Positions 12,528 to 24,292 of a stretch of DNA of 64,000 nucleotides are shown in pieces; position 1 is the stretch's first letter; every line of letters starts with the position of its first letter. The stretch lies in the NCBI RefSeq assembly GCF_006345805.1, contig NC_042999.1:62372001-62436000 (forward strand), written 5' to 3'. The notes below the pieces were generated by a model. The model was given only the letters and a program-made list of their open reading frames with translations, made no database searches and was not told where the DNA came from. This stretch comes from Octopus sinensis. Lineage: Eukaryota. The position numbers were made by a program, and so were the translations under genes.

Positions 12528-12583
<56 letters not shown>
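12527..12583. repeat. (TA)n microsatellite (representative of many TA/TG/CAT/GA tracts)
   Basis: Direct reading; similar tracts at about 1270, 9385, 13000, 29160, 38545, 45205, 58020 and 61670. Confidence 0.95.
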
Positions 12584-12587
<4 letters not shown>

Positions 12588-12802
12588 TTTCTCTCTATAC
12601 ACACACACACACATTTGAAAAAATGAATAAAAATGGCTTTCCAGATAATTTTTCCACTTTAATAATTAGATGTTCATAAGTTTAAACACCTAATAACTTA
12701 TGAACATCTAGCTATTAAAGTGGAAAAATTATCAAAAAAGCCACTTCTATTCATTTTTTCAAATATTTAATACTGTACCAAGGACTTTCTATTTCTTATT
12801 CT

Positions 12803-12855
<53 letters not shown>

Positions 12856-12994
12856 ATATATATATATATATATATATAACAAAGTGGAGTTGTAAGGTAC
12901 CGCACGAGTGGAATTATATATGAAAGAAGGTTTGAAAATGCAATTTTAAAAGATGTTTATTTACTTTACCGGTTTCACTTTTTAGAAAAATGTA

Positions 12995-13050
<56 letters not shown>

Positions 13051-13148
13051 TGTTTAAACTTATGAACATCTAATTATTAAAGTGGAAAAATTATCAGGAA
13101 ACCCATTTCTATTCATTTTTTCAAATGTGTGTGTATAGAGTGAAACTA

Positions 13149-13152
<4 letters not shown>
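12581..13152. repeat. Nested foldback: three copies of an about 70-110 bp unit
   Basis: 12581-12692 is the reverse complement of 13047-13152; a third copy at 12695-12764 pairs locally with the left arm. Confidence 0.85.
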
Positions 13153-13183
<31 letters not shown>

Positions 13184-14950
13184 TGCACGTGCATGCACGC
13201 ACACACAGACACACTTGTTTTCTCCATAAATAATTCAAATTTTATATCTCTCTTGTATGCTCATTACAAACTTCAAATGGTAATTTTTAAACACATACAG
13301 ATTTTTGCATCAAAATAGCTGGTAAACTGACAAGGTTTCTCTTAGAGCGAGTTCACCTAAATGGGATCTATTGATTTATGCGTATGTAACACTCTCTTAA
13401 TCCATATCCAGCTGCTAATATAAAATAAGTATCAGATTCTGCTATTAATGATACTCATTTTATTGTTATAAAATCAATATTGGTCTGATATTCATTTACT
13501 ATTTTATTGATTTTTATTTGGATTGCCTGTCGATATGATATCCTTAACATATACATAAATATAATGTTTATCTTTGTATTTTCCTTCATTGTCAATTTTA
13601 GTTCTGTTTTTCTTTTCCTTCAAAGATTGCTCATCTTTCCTTTTTATATTACTTCCTTAATATTATGGTTCGTCTTTTGAATTTTATTTTCTAAGAATAT
13701 TAATGGAAATATCTGTTCTTTAAAGCAAGAATGATGATTTAATAAGATTATGTTCTAGTTCTTTAAATTTAGTTCAATATCTGGAACTAGTTAAAACAGA
13801 AATATATTTTATAAATTTCCACTTTTCTACAAATGTCAGAAAAAAGAAAAAATTAAATACAACTGCTTATGACTGAAAAAATACATTTAACTATTTATCT
13901 GAATTTAATAAGATGTTAATGGAATTCTATAAATTAATAAGGTTCTATCTGTGCGCCTTACACTAGTCTTCATTGTAACATTTTAACAGTACATTAGTTA
14001 AATGTTTTTATGTATTTAAGGAAGACTATAGTTATTACATTTTCTTGTTACTTCGAAATAGCTTTAGTTATTCAGATGGTAGTTGGTTGCTTGTTGACCT
14101 AATTTGTTGTAAATTGCTTTAAAAGTTCATTGATGCTCTGACAGATGATTTTCTAGAACAATGGGAAGCCCTATGGATTTAGCCATTATTAAAATACTGC
14201 TGCAGCCATAATAATGTCTTATGATTTTCCGTATAAATACTAGCAAGATCTATTTTATTTAAAGTATTTGTACATTAACAGTGACATTTACATGAATAGA
14301 TAACATTATATTGGGTGTTGCTGTTGGTGAAGAAATTTATAAAAGCTACCCATTTTGAACAAACACATGCGCACAAGTGTATGTGTGTGTGTAATTTCAG
14401 TTTCTTAGTGTTGCTGTGAATTTGAATACATTTCAGCATAATCATAACAATGGAAAATATAAAAATGAGATCTATAACTTTTGTTTACTAAATGCTTTCT
14501 TTTAAGTAAACACTTACAATTGTTCCTTAGCAAAAAAGTTGTTTATCATATTTATGACAATAATGTTCCTTCTCCTTGTTATTTCGCATCACAATGTTTC
14601 AGGTAGTTCAATAACCAAAATTGTGAACTAGAAAGATGTGGAATTTGAAACGTCATCTTAAAGCTGTTTTTTTTTTTTTAATATTTATTGTTAACAGCAT
14701 GAAAACATTTTGATGAATTCACAGAACTTCTTGCATCTCCTTTCTCGGTGTGGAGAAGAAAAGATTAAAAACAGATTATAAAACTGAAATTGAATCTGTA
14801 TTTACAAGCCAGATCAAAGATATGAATTTGCAATAAATAGTTTAAAGAAAAATTGCCATCATTGAAGATATAATTACTAGTAATCTCTGCAGAAACTAGT
14901 TTCCTTTTTACATTTTTGTCTCACCCTCAGCAAGACTAAAGAGAGTCCCT

Positions 14951-15330
14951 TCATCATCATCATCGTTTAATGTCCCGTTTTCCATGCTAGCATGGGTCGG
15001 ACGGTTCAACTGGGGTCTGAGAAGCCAGGAGGCTGCACCAGGCTCCAGTCTGATCTGGCAGTTTTTCTACAGCTGGATGTCCTTCCTAACATCAACCACT
15101 CTGTGAGTGTAGTGGGTTCTTTTTATGTGCCACCAGCACAGGTGCCAGGGGAGGCTGGCAGTGGCCACGATCGGTTGGTGTTTTTTATGTGCCACTGGCA
15201 CAGAAGCCAGTCAAGGTGGTGCTGGCATCGACCACATACGGATGTTGCTTTTTATGTGCCACCGGCACAGGTGCCAGGGGAGGCTGGCAACGGCCACGAT
15301 CAGTTGGTGGTTTTTACATGCCACCAACCT
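14951..15330 (-). mobile_element. RTE 3'UTR fragment
   Basis: (CAT)n-GTTTAATGTCC...CCATGCTAGCATGGG terminus plus internal repeats. Confidence 0.8.
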
Positions 15331-15419
15331 TTCCTGCATTATCTCCTTTCATTTATTCTTTGCTTTTCCACCTGAGTGGCAAGAGATTTAGAGAGGTTGA
15401 TAGAAGAGTGATTAATGGA

Positions 15420-15451
<32 letters not shown>

Positions 15452-16266
15452 TTACAAGGTGGTTGTCGAATAGAAAGCAATATAACAACCAGAGAAAGCA
15501 ACTGATAAAAAAACAGAATAGGTGGAGAGAGCCAGATTGAATGAAGTGAAAGAGTGATAAAAGAAAGAGGAAGAGAGAGAGAGAGACAGACAAACAGCTA
15601 CATGCTGATAAAATGCACCTAATACTCTCTATAATATCATTAGTGGTAGGAATAGCATCAGCTGCAAATAAAGCCCATGCCAAAAATGGAACATATAACA
15701 AAGATGTGGTTCTCAAGTTATCTAGAAGGGACTAGCAAGATAATAACTCTGAATAAGAACTGATTTGAACTGAGATAACTCATCCAACCTGTTTCAGCAT
15801 AGTGAAGCAATCATTAGATCATGATAATGATGATTTAATTATAAAGATCAATTCTTTATCTGCTATATTCTTATAATTTAAGCAAATCAAAATGCTAGTT
15901 TATTGCTCTATTTAAAATTGTGCTCATAATTTCTTTTACAATCTAGTGAATGTCTGATAATATCATTTTGTTCTAACCGTTTTCAAAACACATTTTTAGC
16001 ATTTCTGCAAATATAATGTTAAAAGGGTCATTTTGATGACTTCAATGGAGAATAATAAACTTTTGTACTTATAAGGTACATGGTCCATCAACTTCATCAA
16101 TTTGATTCCTAATATTTAGGGCAATGTCTAACAAAAGAAAAAAGTGGCAGAAATAGTGAAAGATTCAATTTGCTTTTCATCTGTCCTGGATCAATAAAAT
16201 AAGCAGCAGTCACCTTGGGCAAGTTATAGCCCTGGGCCAACATGAACCTATATATATATATATGCT

Positions 16267-16602
16267 GAGACCCCATTCGGTCATGACTGACCATGGGATT
16301 GCACCTAGAAAGTTACCCTCCCAGGCACAAGTCTGGGCAAGTTTGTTTTTATGGAAGACCAGCAGTCACCCATGCATACCGGCCTCCCCTCTCCATGCCA
16401 CCAGTGTTATCCAAGTGCAAGGCAAAGGCCGATGCAGCTTGGCACCTGTGACATCGCAACTCATTTCTACAGCTAAGTGAACTGGAGCAACATGAAATAA
16501 AGTGTCTTGCTCAAGAACACAACACACAGCCCGGTCCGGGATTCGAACTGACAACCTCGCGATTGTAAGTTCGATGCTCTAACCACTGAGCCATGCACCT
16601 TC
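16267..16602 (-). mobile_element. tRNA-headed SINE family E
   Basis: Reverse complement of 6906-7241. Confidence 0.8.
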
Positions 16603-18344
16603 ACACACACACACACACCACACACACACACACCACACACACACACACATATATATAGCTGTGTGTGTGTCACTGTTTACTTGCCTTGGCATCACATGAC
16701 AGTTGTAAGTGAATGTCTGTCAGACATAGAGACAGTGTCCTTCATTTCTAGTCTCCTATGAAAACATGTCTGGTTATGGGGAAATATTACCTTACATGGA
16801 AACAAATGTAGGTTGGTGACAAGAAAGGCATCCATCCATAGAAAATCCACCTGAGCAGAATTCCATCTAACCCATGCAAGCATAAAAAAGTGGGGGTAAA
16901 AGTGATGAGGATAATGATATCTTCTCCGACATATTTTGGCCTTAGGCTTATATTAAACATGTGCAGGTAACAAAAATCACAATGTACACACTGAGTGTTT
17001 GAACATTGCAGACTTCTTGTCTTATGTTAAGCAGTTGTAGAATATATAGGAGAAATGTGACTCCTAGTTGAATCCATGATGGGTAACACGTCACTTAGAC
17101 GAACCCATGATGGGTATCACATCCTTTGGCTGAAAATGACTAGTAGTTTTCCTCTGCTTAGTGGTCATCTTGGTGAAAAAGAGTGTATGGTGGATAAGAT
17201 TGAAAGGACTAAGGCTAAGACAAACGCCTTCCTCTTAGTCGAGCCATTATCACCATCTTCAGTTTATACTTGTAGAAGAAGGTAAGAGTGTAGAGGGAGC
17301 TGCTCCCATATAGTGAATTCACTGAAGTGTGAGTGAGAGTAGCAGTAATGGCCAGCGTAAATGGTTCTACTTTCAGCATGTACTTGTAAGCTGGAGAGGG
17401 TCTTTGTTCTTGGTAGTCAGTATAGTCTGTAGGGTTTTTTGAATGATCCTAGGTAGGTGATTTCCTTTTGGGGTGTCTTATTTCTTACATTTTTTTTTGT
17501 GTGTCTGATTTTCCTGTCTGTTTTTGTTTTCTGTAATGAATTTTGTTTAAAACTCACAATGTTTTTTCTAATTTGTCCCAGTGTTATGTTCCCTTCACCC
17601 ATCCTGTTACAACATTGATAAAATAAATACCAAGCAATGTAAACACACAAGAGGAAGATTCAGTTCACAATACTTAAATGTAGAGCTAGATCAAAGAAGA
17701 GCTAGAGTGAGGAAATTGGGCCAAGAAAAACCTGACAACATTGAATTTAATAGAATTTAACTAAGTCATTTGGAAGGTTACTGCATTATAAACCTAGTCA
17801 ATCATGCTAATTATGGAAAAACTAGTATCAATGAAGTGATTACATAGGCCAAAACAATTTATCTTTCACACACCTGACTCCAAAATGTCTTTTATTGAAT
17901 GTCATTCTACTAATTTATGAAGTCTGCTGTACAACACTTTGTATTTTTCATGTTAATATTTTTGGCTTATGCATAGATGAGTAACTAATGTAGACAGAGT
18001 TTCCTACTTGATATTTACTTTGGGTAAATAACTTTTTCTATTTTGCTCACAGAAATATCCATTATTTCTTAGATTATAGAATAGTTTATTTGTTTCATTT
18101 CAGTGCATATTAATACTTAAATTATAATATAATATTCCCTTTCATTATAGCAAATAGAACATGACATTTGATGAAATCAGATTAAAATAGTGCTTAAACT
18201 TCATTAATTTATATATTTACAAATGTAAATAACTTCTAAATTCCAATAAAATATTTTAAGAATCCATATTTAGTTCTACTTTCAAGGCATGAAGCAGCCA
18301 AGAGATATAACTCTGCTTTAGTAGGATACCAATTTATTGCAGGT

Positions 18345-18832
18345 AACATTCAGCCTCACAGAGGCAAGGTGGCTGAGTATCTTTCGAAGGTTGGGCCTCA
18401 TGGAGGCAAAGTTACTGAGTTTCTCTCGAGCAGGCCTCATGGAGACAAGATGGCTGAGTTTCTTTCAGGTGTTAGTTCACATGGAGGTAAAGTGGCTGAG
18501 CTCCTTTTGAGTGTTGAGCCTCACAGAGGCAATAACCAAAACCTTTGGCATTATGTTGTGCTTGAGAAGAAGACCTATCAAGCCAAGCAAAATCGCAGTT
18601 GTGGCAGATACCAGTGTCATGCAAATGGCACCTGTGCCAGTGACATGTAAAAGCACCCATTACACTTTCAGAGTAGTTGGCATTAGGAAGGGCATCCAGC
18701 CATAGAAAACCATGCCAAATCAGACTGGATCCTGGTGCAGCCTTCCAGCATACCAGGCCAGTCAAACCGTCCAACTCCTGCTACCATGGACGTTAGATGA
18801 TGATGATGATGATGATGATAATGTTGATGATG
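18345..18832 (+). mobile_element. RTE 3' end with an about 42-bp minisatellite at the ORF end
   Basis: About 4.5 units of GCCTCAYRGAGGCAAGGTGGCTGAGTTTCTTTCGAGTGTTG, then LWHYVVLEK ORF end, UTR and (GAT)n tail. Confidence 0.75.
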
Positions 18833-19131
18833 ATGATTCCTACATGATCTAATGCCTATTTCTGAAAGTTTGATGAAGTGGAACAATGTAGAATAAATTC
18901 TCTTTCCCAGAGAAATACAACCATGCACCTGCTGCAAAGTTAAAATTCATGATCTATGAGAAATTAGTCATATCATGATTGTGCCATTATTCTGACTTAT
19001 ATGTATGTGATGATAATTAATCCTTTCATTGTTTCAGGGTCATATGTTGGTCATGGTTGCCATGCAGAATCTCCCTTGTGAGAATTAATATTCTTGAGAT
19101 TGATTTAACTACTTTCCAAATTTCCCTCAGA

Positions 19132-19376
19132 CGTTTTCACTTGAGCATGGCCGTTGCCAGTACTGCCTGACTGGCCCCTGTGCCGGTGACACATAAAAGC
19201 ACCTACTACACTCACAGAGTGGTTGGTGTTAGGAAGGGCATCCAGCTGTAGAAACTCTGCCAGATCAGTTGGAGTCTGGTGCAGCCATCTGGTTCGCCAG
19301 ACCTCAGTCAAATTGTCCAACCCATGCTAGCATGGAAAGCGGACATTAAACGATGATGATGATGATGATGATGATG
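19132..19376 (+). mobile_element. RTE 3'UTR fragment
   Basis: Ends GCGGACATTAAACGATGATGATG. Confidence 0.8.
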
Positions 19377-19770
19377 CACTTTTCACCACTATTTCATTGC
19401 ATATTTTTATGCAGTATATTTTATTCAATCAAAGATCATGTTTATACATGATGAAAATATCATTTAAACAATGTCTTTTTTTATAATAAGAGAGGTTGAT
19501 TTCTATAGAGATTGGAAAACATTCAAACCTCTTAGCTTATCTCGAAAAGAACTTTTCACAACAATGGTTCGTTGCTGATATTGTTTTACTGTTATAGCCA
19601 ACTCTGATTTAACAAACTTATGGTAGGAAATTACTTGGTTGAGTGTTTAGTGAACAATAGATTAAACATTTCACACTTGGTCTAATTTGTGACCAATTAT
19701 CACAGTTTATTGATGTTTAGTTTACTAATACTAAATTATGGTTATGAAAATTTTTGTTTTACAATTCCCA

Positions 19771-19917
19771 AGGAGTGGCTGTGTGGTAAGTAGCTTGCTT
19801 ACCAACCCTATGGTTCCAGGTTCAATCCCACTATGTGGCACCTTGGGCAAGTGTCTTCTACTATAGTCTCGGGTTGATCAAAGTGGATTTGGTACACGGA
19901 AACTGAAAGAAGCCCGT

Positions 19918-19958
<41 letters not shown>

Positions 19959-20165
19959 ACATGTTCGTGTGTCTGTGTTTGTCCCCCCAACATCGCTTGA
20001 CAACCAATGCTGGTGTGTTTACATCCCGTAACTTAGCGGTTTGGCAAAAGAGTCCGATAGAATAAGTACTAGGCTTATGAAGAATAAGTCCTGCGGTCGA
20101 TTTGCTCAACTAAAGGCGCTGCTTCAGCATGGCCACAGTCAAATGACTGAAACAAGTAAAAGAGT
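19771..20165 (+). mobile_element. SINE family A
   Basis: Same head, body and tail as 1028-1553. Confidence 0.85.
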
Positions 20166-20983
20166 ATATAAAATATTTAAGTCATTGTTAACATTAAACC
20201 TAAACTGGTAAAAAGCATTTCTTGTGTTTAATGTCCTTCTTTCGGTGAATTTTGGAAAATTTAAAGCATTCAGATGTTTTTGATCTCTTCATTCATTTTC
20301 AAGAATAATTTAACTATTAAGAGAGATATAATATTGTAGCTTTTGGATATTATTATAAACACATCTGATCTTTTTGCATAAACATCATGCATACTATCTG
20401 ATAAAGTTTGAATTATAATTGTTTCCTTCTAAGAGACCTCCTAGGAATACAGCTGGATTTGCTATTAAAATAGCAAAATTCTAGAGAAGATTTGGAACTA
20501 CTGATACCTTGAATTTTATATTTTATCTTTAGAAAATATCCTCACTTATATAAAAAGAATGTTTAAACTGCTTTCTTGATGATACAATGACCTTGGAATT
20601 TAGCACACTAATTAGATAAAAATTAATCTTTTCAAAGCTTTTACCAAAAGCCTGTACTCAGTGTTATTTGGAATGATAAAGACATATTAAAGAAATTTAA
20701 AATTGAATTGGTGAATGAAAAATTTACAAAATATTGATGAAATTACATATTTATTACCTATGACTCTTACTTTTTATTCTTGGGCCACGCATTTTGATGA
20801 CCATATTTCACTGTCATGTGATTTTTAGTTCAAGTCCACTGTGCAGCACCTCTAACAGTTGTCATCTACCATAACCTTGAGACCCAAACCTTGTGAATGA
20901 GATTTTTGTAAACAGAAACTGTACAAGAAGCTCATCAGATGAACTGTATTTGTTCTTGGATGGTAAACTTGATCTATTGATTT

Positions 20984-21183
20984 TTAACCCTTTCATTACC
21001 AACCCGGCTGAAACCGGCTCTGGCTCTGAGTACAAATGTCTTGTTTTCATAAGTTTTGAATTAAAATCTTCCTAACACTAGCTTAATGATAACCAAGTTA
21101 TTTTACTAAATTCTTTGTTATATTTAAAATAATTGAAAGAAACACAGAGCATCTAAACAGAAATACAGTAACAAAAGGGTTAA
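20984..21183. mobile_element. piggyBac-type MITE family 1
   Basis: TTAA|CCCTTTCATTAC...GTAACAAAAGGG|TTAA; second copy at 50216-50448. Confidence 0.8.
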
Positions 21184-22190
21184 CACCATTTGGCACTCAG
21201 ATGTCCATGCTGTTGTAAGCATTCAAACCAGTTCTAAGGAAACTTGATATCTTAATGTATGATATTCCACAGTAGCAACACAGTCATAGTCACTCTCTCT
21301 TCTTATCTTGGATGCCCTGTGAAAAGTCTTGAGAGTTGCATGTCTTTTCTTCAGATTAAGCCATAAACATTGCTCTTTTGTAGAAATATATTTCTTTATA
21401 TCTTTTATCATTATTCATTAAATCATAGTCTTTGATATCTTTCATTTCTTCTTTTACTTAGAATTTTAAGGTTTATTTCTTGCCTTCTTCTTGTAATAAA
21501 AATATGCTAAATTAAATGCTATTACATTATTGCTAAGTCTTTACAGAAATGAACCAGACTGAATTGAGAGGCTTTCATTTTGGCAGTACTGAAAGAAGAA
21601 TATTGCAATAAAATTATTAATAGAGGAAATTATTACAAAATTCTCTCAGATCATAAGCATTTAGTGTTAGAATATAAACAACACAATTGATAAAATAGTA
21701 CTTTTTGGTAAAGATCCAGAAATTGGATAACATGTTTGTTCAGTTATCATTATCACAGAACTTTCAAACATTTGGAAAATATCCAAACTTAAAAGAGCAG
21801 AAAATAATTGGAATAAATATACATCTGCTGAATAGTATATTGATAACATATTGAATAGCCTTAAGCAAAGATTTTTTTAGTTGAACCAAGTGCACTTACA
21901 CTCTATCATCATCATCGTCATCATCATTATCATCAATAAAGCATTTTATTTTATAAAATCACTTTAATCCAGTCATTTATTGTAGTATCAAATAGACTAT
22001 TGGATCATATTGCACAATATCTGTTAAATTTATTATGTACTTTTCCTTATCTATCATAGAGGTCATAATGATTGTAAATTCTCTTATATCGAAATACTTA
22101 AAGGAAGATTGTTTGCACAGCACTTCTCTGGAACAATCTAAAACAAAATATAATGGTAACAGATGAGATAGTTAATTATCACCATACAGT

Positions 22191-22492
22191 GGAGGCACAT
22201 GGCCTAGTGATTAGAGCAGCGGACTCGCGGTCGAGGGATCGCGGTTTCGAATCACAGACTGGGTGATGTGTCTTTATGAGTGAAACACCTTAGCTTCACG
22301 CGGCTCCAGCAGAAGGTAATGGCGAACTTCTGCTGACTCTTTCGCCACAGCTTTCTCTCACTCCTTCCTCCTGCATCTTGCAGCTCACCTGCAACGGACC
22401 AGCATCCAGTCCAGGTGGGGAATCTATACGCCAAGAAACCGGGAAACCGGCCCTTATGAGCCAGGCATGGCTCGAGAAGGAACAAACAACAA
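22191..22492 (+). mobile_element. tRNA-headed SINE family D with TSD
   Basis: A box TGGCCTAGTGATTAG, B box GGTTTCGAATC, (AAC)n-like tail, TSD ATACAGT at 22184-22190 and 22493-22499. Confidence 0.85.
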
Positions 22493-23989
22493 ATACAGTT
22501 GGTGTTAACTTTATTTTAATATCCAAAAGTGAAGACTATAGGCTACAGCTTCTTGAATTAGAAGAGTAAGGATTATGGATGAGACTAGAAGGGTTAAAGG
22601 CTTTGTATTATAGGAATAAGATTCCAAGGAGTTCTAACTGTAACTTTACATCATATATTATAACCTGAGTCTTCAATTTCAAACTAAGACATTTACTATT
22701 TAGTGAATGAGTTTGATAAGTTCAGTTACTGTGAGAAGTAATGAATCTAATATTTAGAACTTTGTTTTCATTTGAGAGTGCATTAAGGAGAGGAAGTAGT
22801 GCTGCTATTTAAATTTTTTTTTTTTTTTCCTGTCAGGTGGGAAGATCATACCCATAATCTGGTGGGAGAGCAAGAGAAAGGTATTCTCAAACTAGAGACT
22901 TGGCATGACTGCTTGCAACTGAGTAGACTCTGCTAAAGGCACCCAGAGCACCAAGTGATGGTGTTAAACTGGTGGGTGATAAATTAAGTCTACCATCTAA
23001 GTAGGCCATAGTGATATTTGAACTCAGAATGCCAAGAACCATAACAATTTCCACAATGCATACAGTCTGATAGTCTTACAGCTCTGTCAATCCACTGTGC
23101 TGGACTGATATTTTTCTATTAGCCCTCTAGTAATGATTTCAAATTTTGGTACCAGACTGACAATTTTGGGGGCAGGAGGCCAGTCAACTACATCAACCTC
23201 ATTACTCACCAGGTACCTTTTTATCAACCCCAAAAGATGAAAGGTGAAATCAACCTCAACAACATTTCAACTCAGGATGTGAAGACAGATAAAATGCCAC
23301 TAAGCATTTTGCTCAGTGTAGTAATGATTCTGCCAGCTTGCCACTTATTTGACCCTGTAATAATGAAAAGCAAGGTTGGCTTTGATGGAACTTGAACTCA
23401 AAGTGCAGCAAGCTTGAACAAATACTACATAGTATTCCATCTAATGTTCGTGCCAATTTGCTCGGGTCGTGGATGAGTGAAGAAATAAAAGAAAAACAAG
23501 ATCATCACTAGTTTCCATAGATTCTGGATTTCATCTGACTATTAAATTAATATTTTTTATTAAAAAAATATTGATAAAATAGATCAATGATAGAATATTG
23601 GACAGTGAGAGTTATAGCTAAAAATCTGAGTTGTAAAAGTCCATTTTGGTATCTATTGGAAATTATCATATTTTGATGAAATATAATTTAGTAATGTTAA
23701 AAGTTACATCTAATTACTACTGATTAAATGGGATCCATCTAAGAAAAGTATTTTTTTTTGCCACTTATGTCATAGTGATTAATTTACTACTGCCAGTCTT
23801 TTGTTAGGGTGGGTATTCTGCCATGTCAGAATATTTTAAGATTTCTAAGATTTCTAAACAATTCTTATTTCAACCATAATGAATGTTGTAACTTGTCATT
23901 TTGTTCTGTATTATGAAGCAAGTTATATAACTAATTGTTTTTCTTATCTTAAAAATAAAGTAATGCCTGAAATAGAAATTTTTTTTTAT

Positions 23990-24292
23990 AGAATGGTGCC
24001 ACTGCCTGGTCATTGCCAGTGCCACCTGACTGGCTCCCGTGCCAGTGGAATGTAAAAAACACCATTCAAGAGTGATTGATACCAGTACCGCCTGACTGGC
24101 CCTCATGCCAGTGGTATGTAAAAAGTACCCACTACACTCTCGGAGTGGTTAGTATTAGGCAGGGCATCCAGCTGTAGAAACTTTGCCAGATAAGTTTGGA
24201 GCCTGGTGCAGCCTTCTGGCTTAACAGTTCCAGTCAAACTGTCTAACCCATGCCAGCATGGAAAGCAGACGTTAAATGATGATGATGATGAT
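23990..24292 (+). mobile_element. RTE 3'UTR fragment
   Basis: Ends GCAGACGTTAAATGATGATGATG. Confidence 0.8.

Noticed and set aside
17050-17620. Possible LINE remnant (KEITYLG..., YAGHY...)
   Set aside because: Motif matches are too weak to assign without a search.
22191-22265. tRNA-like sequences (also 1028, 6906, 16530-16602, 54590-54660)
   Set aside because: These are SINE heads: A/B boxes are present but there is no proper acceptor stem, and they continue into SINE bodies.
22837-22880. Possible 44-nt exon after a long T tract
   Set aside because: Asymmetric length, weak donor (gtattc), no recognisable protein similarity.
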